Assembly: GCA_963801355.1 (NCBI GenBank)
Contig: CAWDEM010000008.1
Location: 1,440,001 to 1,504,000 of the forward strand
Source: Ignavibacteriota bacterium
GTDB taxonomy: Bacteria; Bacteroidota; Ignavibacteria; UBA10030; UBA6906
Direction of reading: 5' to 3'
DNA length: 64,000 bases
The position numbers and the translations under genes are program-made. The notes below the pieces were generated by a model. That model was given only the letters and a program-made list of their open reading frames with translations, did no database searches and was not told the origin of the DNA. Below, in pieces: positions 43,462 through 52,070 of this stretch. The stretch's first letter is position 1. The number at the start of each line of letters is the position of its first letter.

Positions 43462-43808
43462 AGGTCTCTCCCTTTCCAAATGGCTATCTTGACCTCACAC
43501 TAGTGCGCATCTTAGAAGACTCTTGCTGGCGCATGTGTGCTGAGTCGTTCGAAGAGTCCGTTGGATTCCACGGAGTCTGACGACCAGAATCAACAATTCG
43601 GCGAAAACAGTCCACCCTGGCGAGTCGATGTAGCATGACGAATCCCTTTTTCGGGATCCCCTGCCATAGAGAGTTAGAAGATCACACCGAGAATTGAACT
43701 GGGATTCACTTAGCGATTCATTGTGATTGAGATCTGAATCCCATGGAGATTGCGATGCACCATGTCAGCACGCAAGCCTTTTTCACGAATTCAAAATCAT
43801 CTTCCGCT

Positions 43809-44123
43809 TCAGTCCATGTGGAACACTTCTTCCAACGGCTGAGAAACGGGCGAGAAGTCGGTGTTGGTCTCCATGATGTCCGCCATAAATTCCCACCACC
43901 TGCGAACCACGGGATTCTTACCTAGATCCTGAGAAGACTTCTCCCCATCCTGGCTTTGAACGGCAAAAAGAGTATCGCTCCCCGTGTCGAGATAGATGGT
44001 GTAGTCTTTGATTCCCGATGCAGTCAGAACCGATTTCAGCTCAGGCCAGATCGCGTTGTGCCTGCGAATGTACTCTTCTCTGCAGCCGCTTTTCAATTTC
44101 ATCGTAAAGGCAAATCTCTTCAC
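43809..44123 (-). CDS. rhaM: L-rhamnose mutarotase
   Basis: EYIRRHNAIWPEL, GIKDYTIYL, RWWEFMADIMETN, LEEVFHMD. Confidence 0.93.
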   Translation of the reverse strand: MKRFAFTMKLKSGCREEYIRRHNAIWPELKSVLTASGIKDYTIYLDTGSDTLFAVQSQDGEKSSQDLGKNPVVRRWWEFMADIMETNTDFSPVSQPLEEVFHMD

Positions 44124-44154
44124 GGGCGGTGACGGTCCTCAGGCCAGTAGTGTC

Positions 44155-44385
44155 TCAAGGAATTTCATCGAAGTCGTCTGTCATCACGGTCGGGAAATTG
44201 AAACCATCCAGACTCCTGCCTCAACAGACGAACCGGATTCCTTCCTCGCTAATTTTTTTCAGGAGCGGATAGCTGGTCTTGCCGCCGGCGGCGTTGAGCA
44301 GGATGCCGTTGGCGTGAATGTCGTAGAGAAACTCGAGTTTTGGGACTGCTTCAGGATGTCTTCTTTGCCGCCAGATGCGAGGATT
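44155..44385 (-). pseudogene. Remnant of a LacI-family regulator (sugar-binding domain fragment)
   Basis: ILASGGKEDILKQSQ / KLEFLYDIHANGILL...EEGIRFVC*GRSLDGFNFPTVMTDDFD, with a frameshift and a TGA at 44221-23; no HTH seen. Confidence 0.65.
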
Positions 44386-44529
44386 TAGAACGAGCAAAAC
44401 GACTTTTGGGTTCGATTGCCCGCCGCGCTCTGGCGTGAGAATGTGCTCTCGTTGCATCCTCTTGGCTTCCGCTCTACCGCGTTACAAAGTGGTTCTTGTG
44501 GCTTCGCCGCCTTGGTCACAGAGGCTTCC

Positions 44530-44565
44530 TAAATCGGTTACTTAAACGATTACGCAATCGATGCC
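44530..44565. promoter_or_regulatory. Three tandem 12-bp LacI-like operator boxes
   Basis: TAAATCGGTTAC, TTAAACGATTAC, GCAATCGATGCC: CG-centred pseudo-palindromes at the predicted transcription start. Confidence 0.6.
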
Positions 44566-44567
44566 GT

Positions 44568-44596
44568 AATATATTGCATCCTTTTTCGTTTGTCAA
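44568..44596 (-). promoter_or_regulatory. Promoter of the pectin locus
   Basis: Minus strand TTGACA-17 bp-TATATT. Confidence 0.75.
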
Positions 44597-44605
44597 GAGG
44601 CCGAA

Positions 44606-44634
44606 TTGACTATCCAGAGAGCCGTGGCTATATT
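44606..44634 (+). promoter_or_regulatory. Divergent promoter for the DUF362 gene
   Basis: TTGACT-17 bp-TATATT. Confidence 0.65.
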
Positions 44635-44751
44635 GGGGCATCAAGCCATGTGCCTGACCTGTACTGAGGATTCTGGCAACATCTATTTCGGAGGGCTCCC
44701 CCACAAGGGTAGCTACGGCTCATCGAGGGGACTTCGGACAAGGAGGAATCA

Positions 44752-46749
44752 ATGTTTTCAAAAATCAGACGACTGGTAATGAAACCGTTCACTGTGTGCC
44801 CCCGAACTGGTAGAATAACCGGACTTGAAATAGAAAAAAGAAAATCTGTGTGGCTTTGGATTGTTGTTGGTCTGGCCTCTGCCATTTGGGTTCTCATCCG
44901 TGTTGTACCCAAGCCCAGCCGTGCGACTTATCCTTGCCAAAGGGTGGCTCAGCCGCTGGCCGCCGGCTTTGTTGCCTGGTTGTTGGGATTGGCCGGATCC
45001 ACCTTGATCATTGGCCGGGCCCGTCGTCTGTTTCAAAAACAACGGTACGTAGTGGGGGCGATCTGTCTTACAGCGGCGGTCTTGCTTTGCTTTGGCACCT
45101 TGAGTGATACACGTGATGTTGCCGCGTCAGCCGAAATCTTTGTCCCCACCGATCCGGCTAACAGTCCTGTAGGTACCGGCAAAGGGATTCATCCCGGACG
45201 CGTCGTGTGGGTCTATGACAGCCTGCTCAGTGATCAAGGCAGCACAAGTGGTTGGTGGTGGGAGGATCGACGCACTGATCCAGAGGTAGCTCAGCGGATG
45301 ATGACGCAGGCGCTGCTCAACCTCACCGGCATTGACAATTCGGCTGCGGCATGGGATTCCCTCTTCAAGTACTTTAACCGAACGCGTTACGGCCAAAACG
45401 ATGTGGGCTACCAGGCTGGTGACAAGATCGCCATCAAGGTCAACAACATTTTCTCCCGTTCCTACGTATGGACCACCAGCCAGGACGGCCGGCCCTGTCC
45501 GCAAATGGTTCATGCCCTGCTCTGGCAACTGGTGAACAAAGCCGGCGTTCCTGAAGCAGACATCACCATCTATGACTGCGTCTTCTATCATGGCGACCCG
45601 GTTTACAGTTACAACCACAAAGACTTTCCAAGCGTGCGCTGGGCTGAAGGCGATGCTACGGATCGCAGTGGATATGAATCCGGTCCTGGTAGTGATCCTG
45701 GTACCCGGGAAAAGGTAGTGCCCGATACTAACTGTGTGGTCCATTATGGCGATCCGGGCATCGTTCCCGGCAGCGGTACAGTCTGCCTGCCCACGGTTGT
45801 CTCAGAGGCCAAGTATCTCATCAACGTCGCGTTGGCGCGCCCCCATGAACTGGCAGGCATCACCTGCTGCGCAAAGAACTTCTTCGGCTCGGTCTGGCAT
45901 CCCAATCCTCCCCCGGGGAACGATTATTATTACCATGGCTGGTGCCCGTTCTTTATGCATAAGGCAGTCGCCGCCCTCAATTTCTCCGCCGACATTCCCA
46001 TGCGCTCCATGGGATCCTACAATGCCCTGGTCGATCTCATGGGCCACAAAGACCTGGGCGGCAAGACCTTTCTGTTCATAGGTGAATGTATTCGCCCTAA
46101 GTACTGGTCGGCTCCACCCTTCAATCGCCGACCCGCATCGAGTTTGTTCATGAGCCAGGATATAGTCGCCATTGAGTCGGTCCTGCTGGACTTTTTGCAG
46201 TCTGCGGGAGTCGTGCCCGCAGGTACGCCTGAGAATTATCTCCACGAAGCGGCCCAGGCCGACAATCCGCCTTCGGGCACTGTCTACGACCCGGAAAACG
46301 ACGGCATCCCCTTGAAGAGCCTGGGCGTACATGAGCACTGGAACAACTCTACGGACAAGCAGTACAGCCGCAATCTGGGTATCGGTGAAGGTATTGAGCT
46401 GATCAAAATATTGAATCCTACCCCAACTGCTGTTGAGCCTAGCAATGGTGATATCCCAGCCACTTTCACGCTTTTTGCGAACTATCCCAATCCCTTTAAT
46501 CCATCAACCACCATTTGCTACTCACTACCGACTGCTGCCGATATCAGGTTGAACATCTACAATGTGACGGGAGAAAAGGTGCGTACGCTCATCAATCAGC
46601 ATCAATCTGCAGGCACCTTTCATATTAGTTGGAATGGGCGCAATGATAACGACGTACGTGTAGCTTCCGGTATCTTTATATACAGAATGGAAAGAATTAC
46701 AGGCAGAGAAACAGACAGCCAATCACATCAAATGTTGCTGCTCAAATGA
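44752..46749 (+). CDS. DUF362-domain protein with T9SS/FlgD-like C-terminal domain
   Basis: KPSRATYPCQR between TM helices; GKGIHPGRVVW, GDKIAIKVN, GITCCAKNFFG, GVHEHWNN; ANYPNPFNPST and WNGRND. Confidence 0.8.
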   Translation: MFSKIRRLVMKPFTVCPRTGRITGLEIEKRKSVWLWIVVGLASAIWVLIRVVPKPSRATYPCQRVAQPLAAGFVAWLLGLAGSTLIIGRARRLFQKQRYVVGAICLTAAVLLCFGTLSDTRDVAASAEIFVPTDPANSPVGTGKGIHPGRVVWVYDSLLSDQGSTSGWWWEDRRTDPEVAQRMMTQALLNLTGIDNSAAAWDSLFKYFNRTRYGQNDVGYQAGDKIAIKVNNIFSRSYVWTTSQDGRPCPQMVHALLWQLVNKAGVPEADITIYDCVFYHGDPVYSYNHKDFPSVRWAEGDATDRSGYESGPGSDPGTREKVVPDTNCVVHYGDPGIVPGSGTVCLPTVVSEAKYLINVALARPHELAGITCCAKNFFGSVWHPNPPPGNDYYYHGWCPFFMHKAVAALNFSADIPMRSMGSYNALVDLMGHKDLGGKTFLFIGECIRPKYWSAPPFNRRPASSLFMSQDIVAIESVLLDFLQSAGVVPAGTPENYLHEAAQADNPPSGTVYDPENDGIPLKSLGVHEHWNNSTDKQYSRNLGIGEGIELIKILNPTPTAVEPSNGDIPATFTLFANYPNPFNPSTTICYSLPTAADIRLNIYNVTGEKVRTLINQHQSAGTFHISWNGRNDNDVRVASGIFIYRMERITGRETDSQSHQMLLLK

Positions 46750-46950
46750 CAAGGTAGCTGTCGTGGGCGGGTCCCATCACTACTTGTCCCTCGTCAAGAT
46801 GTCACCCAGGTTCGAATTGGCGAATTGGCACTGAATTCGATACTTTGTCCTGTCCCGAAACCAATGATGAAACCCCTAGATGCTCAGATCTTTCCTGTCG
46901 TATTGCCTTCTTTTCTTAAAGATCAGAAACCAACTTCATTGGGAGATCCT

Positions 46951-47071
46951 TTGTCGAGGCGGCGATAACTTGAATTTCATACTGGAATCTTAGTCCAACC
47001 CACGCACCCGCGCAGGGGATCTCGTGATTCACGATGGCATTTTGCCCCGGACGGGATTTTGAAGAGAGACA
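46951..47071 (+). repeat. Dispersed repeat copy B, ending in a transposon-type right inverted repeat
   Basis: Shares CCAACCCAC...AGGGGATCT.GTGATTCACGATGGCAT with copy A; its last 24 nt match the reverse complement of 48392-48415 at 19/24. Confidence 0.85.
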
Positions 47072-47254
47072 GCTCACCGCAGGGCCTCGTCTGATTTTAT
47101 GGCGTAGTCGCATACAGCTGATTGTTGTCTGTTGCCTGTGAATCAGATATTCTGTAAGTACATCACACCAACAGACTTCGCGATTCAGGCGGACAAAAGA
47201 GCAACCGAGGTGCTTCATTACTATGGGCATTGATATAGGAAATTGTCAATTTGC

Positions 47255-47317
47255 GCCCAACAGCGGTATGCAGCGGACGCGCCACAAGAATGGCGCCATA
47301 GAATTTCAACGTTAAGT
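47255..47317 (+). mobile_element. attC-like site, apparently chimeric
   Basis: GCCCAAC (RYYYAAC) ... TGCAGCGGAC, hairpin GCGCCA-CAAGAA-TGGCGC, ... GTTAAGT (GTTRRRY); inner L boxes do not pair. Confidence 0.5.
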
Positions 47318-47353
47318 GGCAAACGCGATCTGTTCCAACATATCAATTCGCAC

Positions 47354-47590
47354 ATGACTAGTACTAGGCTTCTTGGACTCTTCCGTCTGTTTCGTTTTGA
47401 GCTTCCGTTTTCGGCCGGCGTTTGCGTCGTCTTGGGTCAGTTCCTTGCATTCGATTCAATCCCGCCGCCTCAAGAGATCGTGCTGGGTTTTTTGAGCGTG
47501 TTCTTCATTTCAGCCACAGCACTCATACTTAACGACTACTTCGACCTGGAGATAGACCGAATCAACGCGCCACACAGACCAATCCCCTCG
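47354..47590 (+). pseudogene. 5' fragment of a UbiA-family prenyltransferase
   Basis: ILNDYFDLEIDRINAPHRPIPS first Asp-rich motif, after which similarity stops. Confidence 0.8.
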
Positions 47591-47749
47591 GACTTGCCTT
47601 TGTGGATCTGGCTGATGAACTGGAGAGTATACTCGGCATGCGTGTCGACCTCGTCTCTGGCGGAGCCCTGAACCAGAGAGGCTACGATTCCATGTCCGCG
47701 GATTTTCGCTATGTCTAGGCGCAACGCGCAACTCCTTATTCCATATTGA
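47587..47749 (+). pseudogene. 3' fragment of an MNT (MntA-like) antitoxin plus the first codons of a HEPN/DUF86 toxin
   Basis: LGLAFVDLADELESILGMRVDLVSGGAL...DFRYV* overlapping MSRRNAQLLI (ATG at 47711). Confidence 0.7.
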
Positions 47750-47779
47750 AATCGGTCCAATAAACGTGGTTCTTGTCGC

Positions 47780-48286
47780 ATGTCCATTCTAGAGAAAAAC
47801 ATTGAATCTATTGAAGTTCTCGCAGCTCAGAAGGAGAAAGAAAACTATCGATTTAGAATTCTGCTTAAACAACGTGATTCAACGCGAATCGATCGACTTG
47901 CCCATCGTATCAATTCAGAGGTTGTAAATGAGATTGACTGCACTGCATGTGGGAACTGCTGTGTCACGCTGAGACCGGTCGTTACTGACAAAGAGATCGC
48001 AAAATTATCCAGACTGCTAAACATATCAAAGGAGCTCTTTGCTGACCAGTACACCGAACATGTTGCAGACGAGAACGTGAGGATGCTCAAGGATACTCCT
48101 TGCACCTTCCTCGCCAATAAGAAGTGTACAGTGTACGACGCCAGGCCTCATGATTGCCGATCTTTTCCACACATCGAAAAAGACGGCTTCACATTCAGAA
48201 CACTGGAGATGGTTGAGAACTGTGGAATTTGTCCAATCATCTATAACGTGCTGGAGCGATTGAAGAAAGAGTTGCATTTTCGTTAG
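47780..48286 (+). CDS. YkgJ/UPF0153 cysteine-cluster protein
   Basis: CTACGNCC, PCTFL...CTVYDARPHDCRSFP, CGICP. Confidence 0.9.
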   Translation: MSILEKNIESIEVLAAQKEKENYRFRILLKQRDSTRIDRLAHRINSEVVNEIDCTACGNCCVTLRPVVTDKEIAKLSRLLNISKELFADQYTEHVADENVRMLKDTPCTFLANKKCTVYDARPHDCRSFPHIEKDGFTFRTLEMVENCGICPIIYNVLERLKKELHFR

Positions 48287-48391
48287 CACATCGGAGGACA
48301 TACTTCCAGTTTGCGGACGCCTCCCCGGTAGGTGTGATTGAGGCGAGCCCTGAGGGCTGCCACACTGCGGCTCGATGGGATCCCCGGGGGG

Positions 48392-49723
48392 TGTAGCTCT
48401 TCAATATTCCATCCGCGTCCAACATAGCGAATCCGAGCGACTTTCGCTACTTTGAATTGTGTATCAACCAACCGGACAGAAGCCCAGATGCTCAGTTCCT
48501 TCCTCTCGTTTTGTCTCCGATTCTTCAGATCACGGATTCAGCTTCAGCTGGAGATCATCTTCCTCCGAAAACAGCTCGAAATACTCGCTCGCACGTCCCT
48601 GAGACCCCGACTGCGATCCTCCGACAGATTCTTCTTCAGCACCATGACCAATGTTTTCGGCTCTTGGAAGGAGACGCTGCTGGTCATCAAGCCGGAAACG
48701 GTCATCCGGTGGCACCGGCAAAGCTTCAGATTGCTTTGGAAATGGAAAAGCCGATCAGAAGCGGGCAGACCGAAGATCCCGCAGGCCCAGATCAACCTGA
48801 TCAAGCAGATGGCAAACGAGAATCCCCTCTGGGGCGCCCCCCGGATTCACGGAGAGTTGCTCAAGCCCGGGTTTGATATCTCAGAAGCCACAGTACAACG
48901 ATACATGCCCAAGAGACAGCATAGAACCACCCGGCAACGTTGGAAAATCTTCTTGAAGAACCATTCATCACAAATCGTATCAGTTGATTTCCTCGTCGTC
49001 CCCACAATCACCTTCCGGTTGTTCTACGTTCTGGTCTTCCTATCACACGACAGGCGAAGAATCATCCATTTCAACGTCACGGCCAATCCCACCGCTCACT
49101 GGTGTGCTCAGCAGTTGCGCAACATCTTCTGTGATCATGAGCCACCAAGATTTCTTCTGCGGGATCGTGATGCGAAGTTCGGCGAGATGTTCACCGAGAT
49201 TGTGACCGCGCTTGGTATCGACCCACTGTTGACAGCCTACAGGTCGTCGTGGCAAAATGGATACGCGGAACGACTAATCGGGAGCATAAGGCGCGAATGT
49301 CTCGACCACTTGATTATTCTGAATGAAACACACCTGCGTGAGATTGTGCAGGAATACGTCCGCTACTACAACACGCAACGAACCCACCTGGGGATCGCCA
49401 AGGACTCACCTGAGCCGCGGGAGGTTCAAACCGAAGGGGAGATTGAGAAGATTCCTGTGGTGGGCGGACTGCATCACTATTACTTCCGACGGGCCGCGTA
49501 AGGAACACTCACGAACTGATTACTGCGATGTTGCCCGCGTGGGCTGTGGGGGGATCTACGTCCTTCCTTCGGAAGAAACCGTCCCTCAAGCAAGAATCTC
49601 AACTCCCTTCCCTACTCTGCTGGAAGACAACCCTCTTGAATTCTGTTTACTCCGCTTGAGGACTTCGCTCAACTGAGAGATCGCGGGAGTATTCCGCGTC
49701 GGATGGAATATTGACGAAGGAAA
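48392..49723 (+). mobile_element. IS element (IS481-like) with a degenerate proximal right end
   Basis: Perfect 15-bp IR TCAATATTCCATCCG (48401-15) / CGGATGGAATATTGA (49700-14); left end starts TGT, proximal right end lacks ACA. Confidence 0.75.
48488..49501 (+). CDS. DDE (rve integrase-core) transposase
   Basis: PETVIRWHR, NPLWGAPRIHGEL; catalytic VSVDF, LLRDRD, NGYAERLIGSIRRECLD. Confidence 0.92.
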   Translation: MLSSFLSFCLRFFRSRIQLQLEIIFLRKQLEILARTSLRPRLRSSDRFFFSTMTNVFGSWKETLLVIKPETVIRWHRQSFRLLWKWKSRSEAGRPKIPQAQINLIKQMANENPLWGAPRIHGELLKPGFDISEATVQRYMPKRQHRTTRQRWKIFLKNHSSQIVSVDFLVVPTITFRLFYVLVFLSHDRRRIIHFNVTANPTAHWCAQQLRNIFCDHEPPRFLLRDRDAKFGEMFTEIVTALGIDPLLTAYRSSWQNGYAERLIGSIRRECLDHLIILNETHLREIVQEYVRYYNTQRTHLGIAKDSPEPREVQTEGEIEKIPVVGGLHHYYFRRAA

Positions 49724-49963
49724 CGGCTGTGTAGATGGTGGACATGATTCTGTCGTCCACATTGGGACAGCTCAAACCGTCGTGAGGTTTGATTAGGAAG
49801 TATCCAACCATTGAGATCATTCTAAGCGAAAGACCGCTTTCGAAATCTCGGGTTGGATTGCTCCGGCGTTTGAGAGAAGATTAGCAGCGAATTCCGCGAT
49901 CAAGTCTCAAGACTGACCTTCCAATGGCGAGCTACGCTGTTCTGTGTTCCTTGAACTAACCAC

Positions 49964-49999
49964 TTGACATTGTGCTTGATAAGTGGTAATATCACTACC
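49964..49999 (+). promoter_or_regulatory. Promoter of the AbiE operon with an overlapping short IR
   Basis: TTGACA-17 bp-TAATAT with TG extension; GTGGTA-N7-TACCAC over the -10 box. Confidence 0.5.
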
Positions 50000-50103
50000 A
50001 CAATTCGCGCTGAACGTAAAATTGATCCTGTGCGACATCAGCTTGCCGCACAAAACAATGATGCTGTGGCAATTTGAATATCACCTGACGAACCGAACAT
50101 GAA

Positions 50104-50907
50104 ATGAAAGCAGAGGCATTCTTTTCCAGCCATCCGGTCTTCTCGTTTGCAGAGGCCGTGGCCACCCTGGCCCCCAAAAAGGATCGGCGTGGGATGGTGG
50201 ATCGCCTGAAACATCATGTGAAGAACCACACGCTGAAACAGGTTGCCCGAGGTGTGTACGCCGTCGTTCCACCAGGAGACGACACTGGGAAGTTCCGGCC
50301 GGATCCCTTCCTTGTGGGTGTAGCACTTCGTCCCGATGCAGTGTTCTCCCACCACAGCGCGCTTGAGCTTCTTGGGGCTTCACATTCAGCATGGAATAGC
50401 GTCACCCTCTTCTCAGCGAGACGAAGGACGAGTCTCACGGCTGATGGGATGAAGTTCTCCGTCTTCCAGAATCCTCAACAAATGAATGTCTCGGGCGAAA
50501 CAACGCTCGGAACACGCAGGGTGGAGAGACGGGGCAGGTTTCTGGTGGTCACTGGTCCGGAACGGACTCTCGTGGAGGGATTCCGACGCCCTGAATTGGT
50601 CGGAGGATTTGAGGAACTTGTTACTTCAGCCGCTGGCTTTGCGGTGCTTGATGTCAAGCTTCTCCTGGGAATACTTGAACGGTACCGAACATCTAGGCTC
50701 TGGTCGGCGGTGGGTTGGTTTCTCGAACGGTTCCGAAACGATTTTCATGTGAAAGACGACGTTCTCATGCGATGTGAACGGCAGAGGCCGGGTGCGGCTC
50801 AGTATCTTCAGCGAGACTCGCGGGGCGGCATACTCTTGAGGCGATGGAACCTAATAGTGCCTCAGTCTCTGACGAAGGCAGTGGAGCCGAATGAAGCTCA
50901 GTCTTGA
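50104..50907 (+). CDS. AbiEi-type antitoxin (type IV TA)
   Basis: N-terminal wHTH ending VARGVY; FSHHSALELLG; VTGPERTLVE; overlaps the downstream toxin gene. Confidence 0.82.
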   Translation: MKAEAFFSSHPVFSFAEAVATLAPKKDRRGMVDRLKHHVKNHTLKQVARGVYAVVPPGDDTGKFRPDPFLVGVALRPDAVFSHHSALELLGASHSAWNSVTLFSARRRTSLTADGMKFSVFQNPQQMNVSGETTLGTRRVERRGRFLVVTGPERTLVEGFRRPELVGGFEELVTSAAGFAVLDVKLLLGILERYRTSRLWSAVGWFLERFRNDFHVKDDVLMRCERQRPGAAQYLQRDSRGGILLRRWNLIVPQSLTKAVEPNEAQS

Positions 50908-51862
50908 ATTCCTTGAGCGTTGCTCTGCCGAGACTGGCTTCCAAGTGGCAGCGCTGGAGAAGGTCACCAGGATGGGAGAAATAGCTGGCCACATTGCACG
51001 TCATCCAACGCTGGGTGAGGTTCTGGCACTCAAGGGTGGCACTGCACTCAACTTGTGTTTGGGTGCCCCTACACGACTCTCCGTCGATCTTGACTTCAAC
51101 TACATTGGAAGCGAAACGCGTGAGGGAATGCTGGTCGAACGGCCGAAAGTCCGTAAGGCAATTCTCACGCTCGCTGGCCGACTGGGATATCGCGCGCAGG
51201 AATCGGCAGAAGCATTTTCCGGAGGGAAGATCTACCTATCCTACCGATCAGTCTTGGGACCCCAAGACAGGATCGAGATCGATTTGAATTTCGTGTTCCG
51301 AATTCCTTTTTCCGGAACTCTCGTGCAACGCCTATGGCAGCCGGATGCCCTTGATCAACCCGATGTCCGAATCGTTGGAGTTACGGAACTTCTGATCGGC
51401 AAGCTCTTGGCGCTGCTGGATCGTGGAGCCGCTCGAGATGTGTGGGATGTGGCAAACCTCCCGAAAGCAGCACTACAAGTCGTAAAGTCGGACGAATTCC
51501 GTCGGCATTTCATCGCATTCTCCGCGACGCTCCCACATCCACTGACAACGTATACACAACGCCGGCTCGAGAACCTTGCGACCAACCAAGCACTGACTCA
51601 ACAACTGCTTCCGATGCTCATCAGGAATGAAGCTCCCGATTTGAGCACACTTGTTCCACGGGCTTGGGACGTAATTGCAGATCTCATCAAGGTTGATCCC
51701 GATGAATCCGAGTACATTGCTTCAATTGAACGAGGTGAAATCCGGGTTGAGCTGCTCTTTCCTGACGACCCTCACAAAGCAGAGCTCATTGCACGGCACC
51801 CTGCGATTCAATGGAAAATCAAGAATGTTCGTGACAGACGCGAGCGACAACGCGGGTTGTAG
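50891..51862 (+). CDS. AbiEii/AbiGii nucleotidyltransferase toxin
   Basis: LKGGTALNL, RLSVDLDF, KLLALLDR..ARDVWD. Confidence 0.9.
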   Translation: MKLSLEFLERCSAETGFQVAALEKVTRMGEIAGHIARHPTLGEVLALKGGTALNLCLGAPTRLSVDLDFNYIGSETREGMLVERPKVRKAILTLAGRLGYRAQESAEAFSGGKIYLSYRSVLGPQDRIEIDLNFVFRIPFSGTLVQRLWQPDALDQPDVRIVGVTELLIGKLLALLDRGAARDVWDVANLPKAALQVVKSDEFRRHFIAFSATLPHPLTTYTQRRLENLATNQALTQQLLPMLIRNEAPDLSTLVPRAWDVIADLIKVDPDESEYIASIERGEIRVELLFPDDPHKAELIARHPAIQWKIKNVRDRRERQRGL

Positions 51863-51916
51863 GTGTAGCAAATAGCGGGGGCAGGAACACTTCTAGACTT
51901 ACAACTTTCGAGCCGA

Positions 51917-51949
51917 TTGTCGAGGTGGCGATAACCTAGTCTTTGCAGG
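51917..51949 (+). repeat. Short partial copy D of the dispersed repeat
   Basis: TTGTCGAGG.GGCGATAAC shared with B; GCGATAACCT.GTCTTTGC.GG shared with A. Confidence 0.65.
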
Positions 51950-52070
51950 AATATCGCTACCTACAGCTCAACATCCTCTTCACTCATCTTGGTAAGACGG
52001 GCTTCCGTTTCTGCCCGGGTCTTCCGATTCATAGCGGTGTCTTGAACCAGGTTCTGCGCATCCGCGCGGG

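Noticed and set aside
44221-44223. In-frame TGA after Cys as possible selenocysteine recoding
   Set aside because: The gene also has a frameshift and truncations; decay explains it better.
48287-48385. Possible degenerate attC after the YkgJ gene (GCCTC/GAGGC hairpin)
   Set aside because: R'' and R' consensus boxes are not recognisable.
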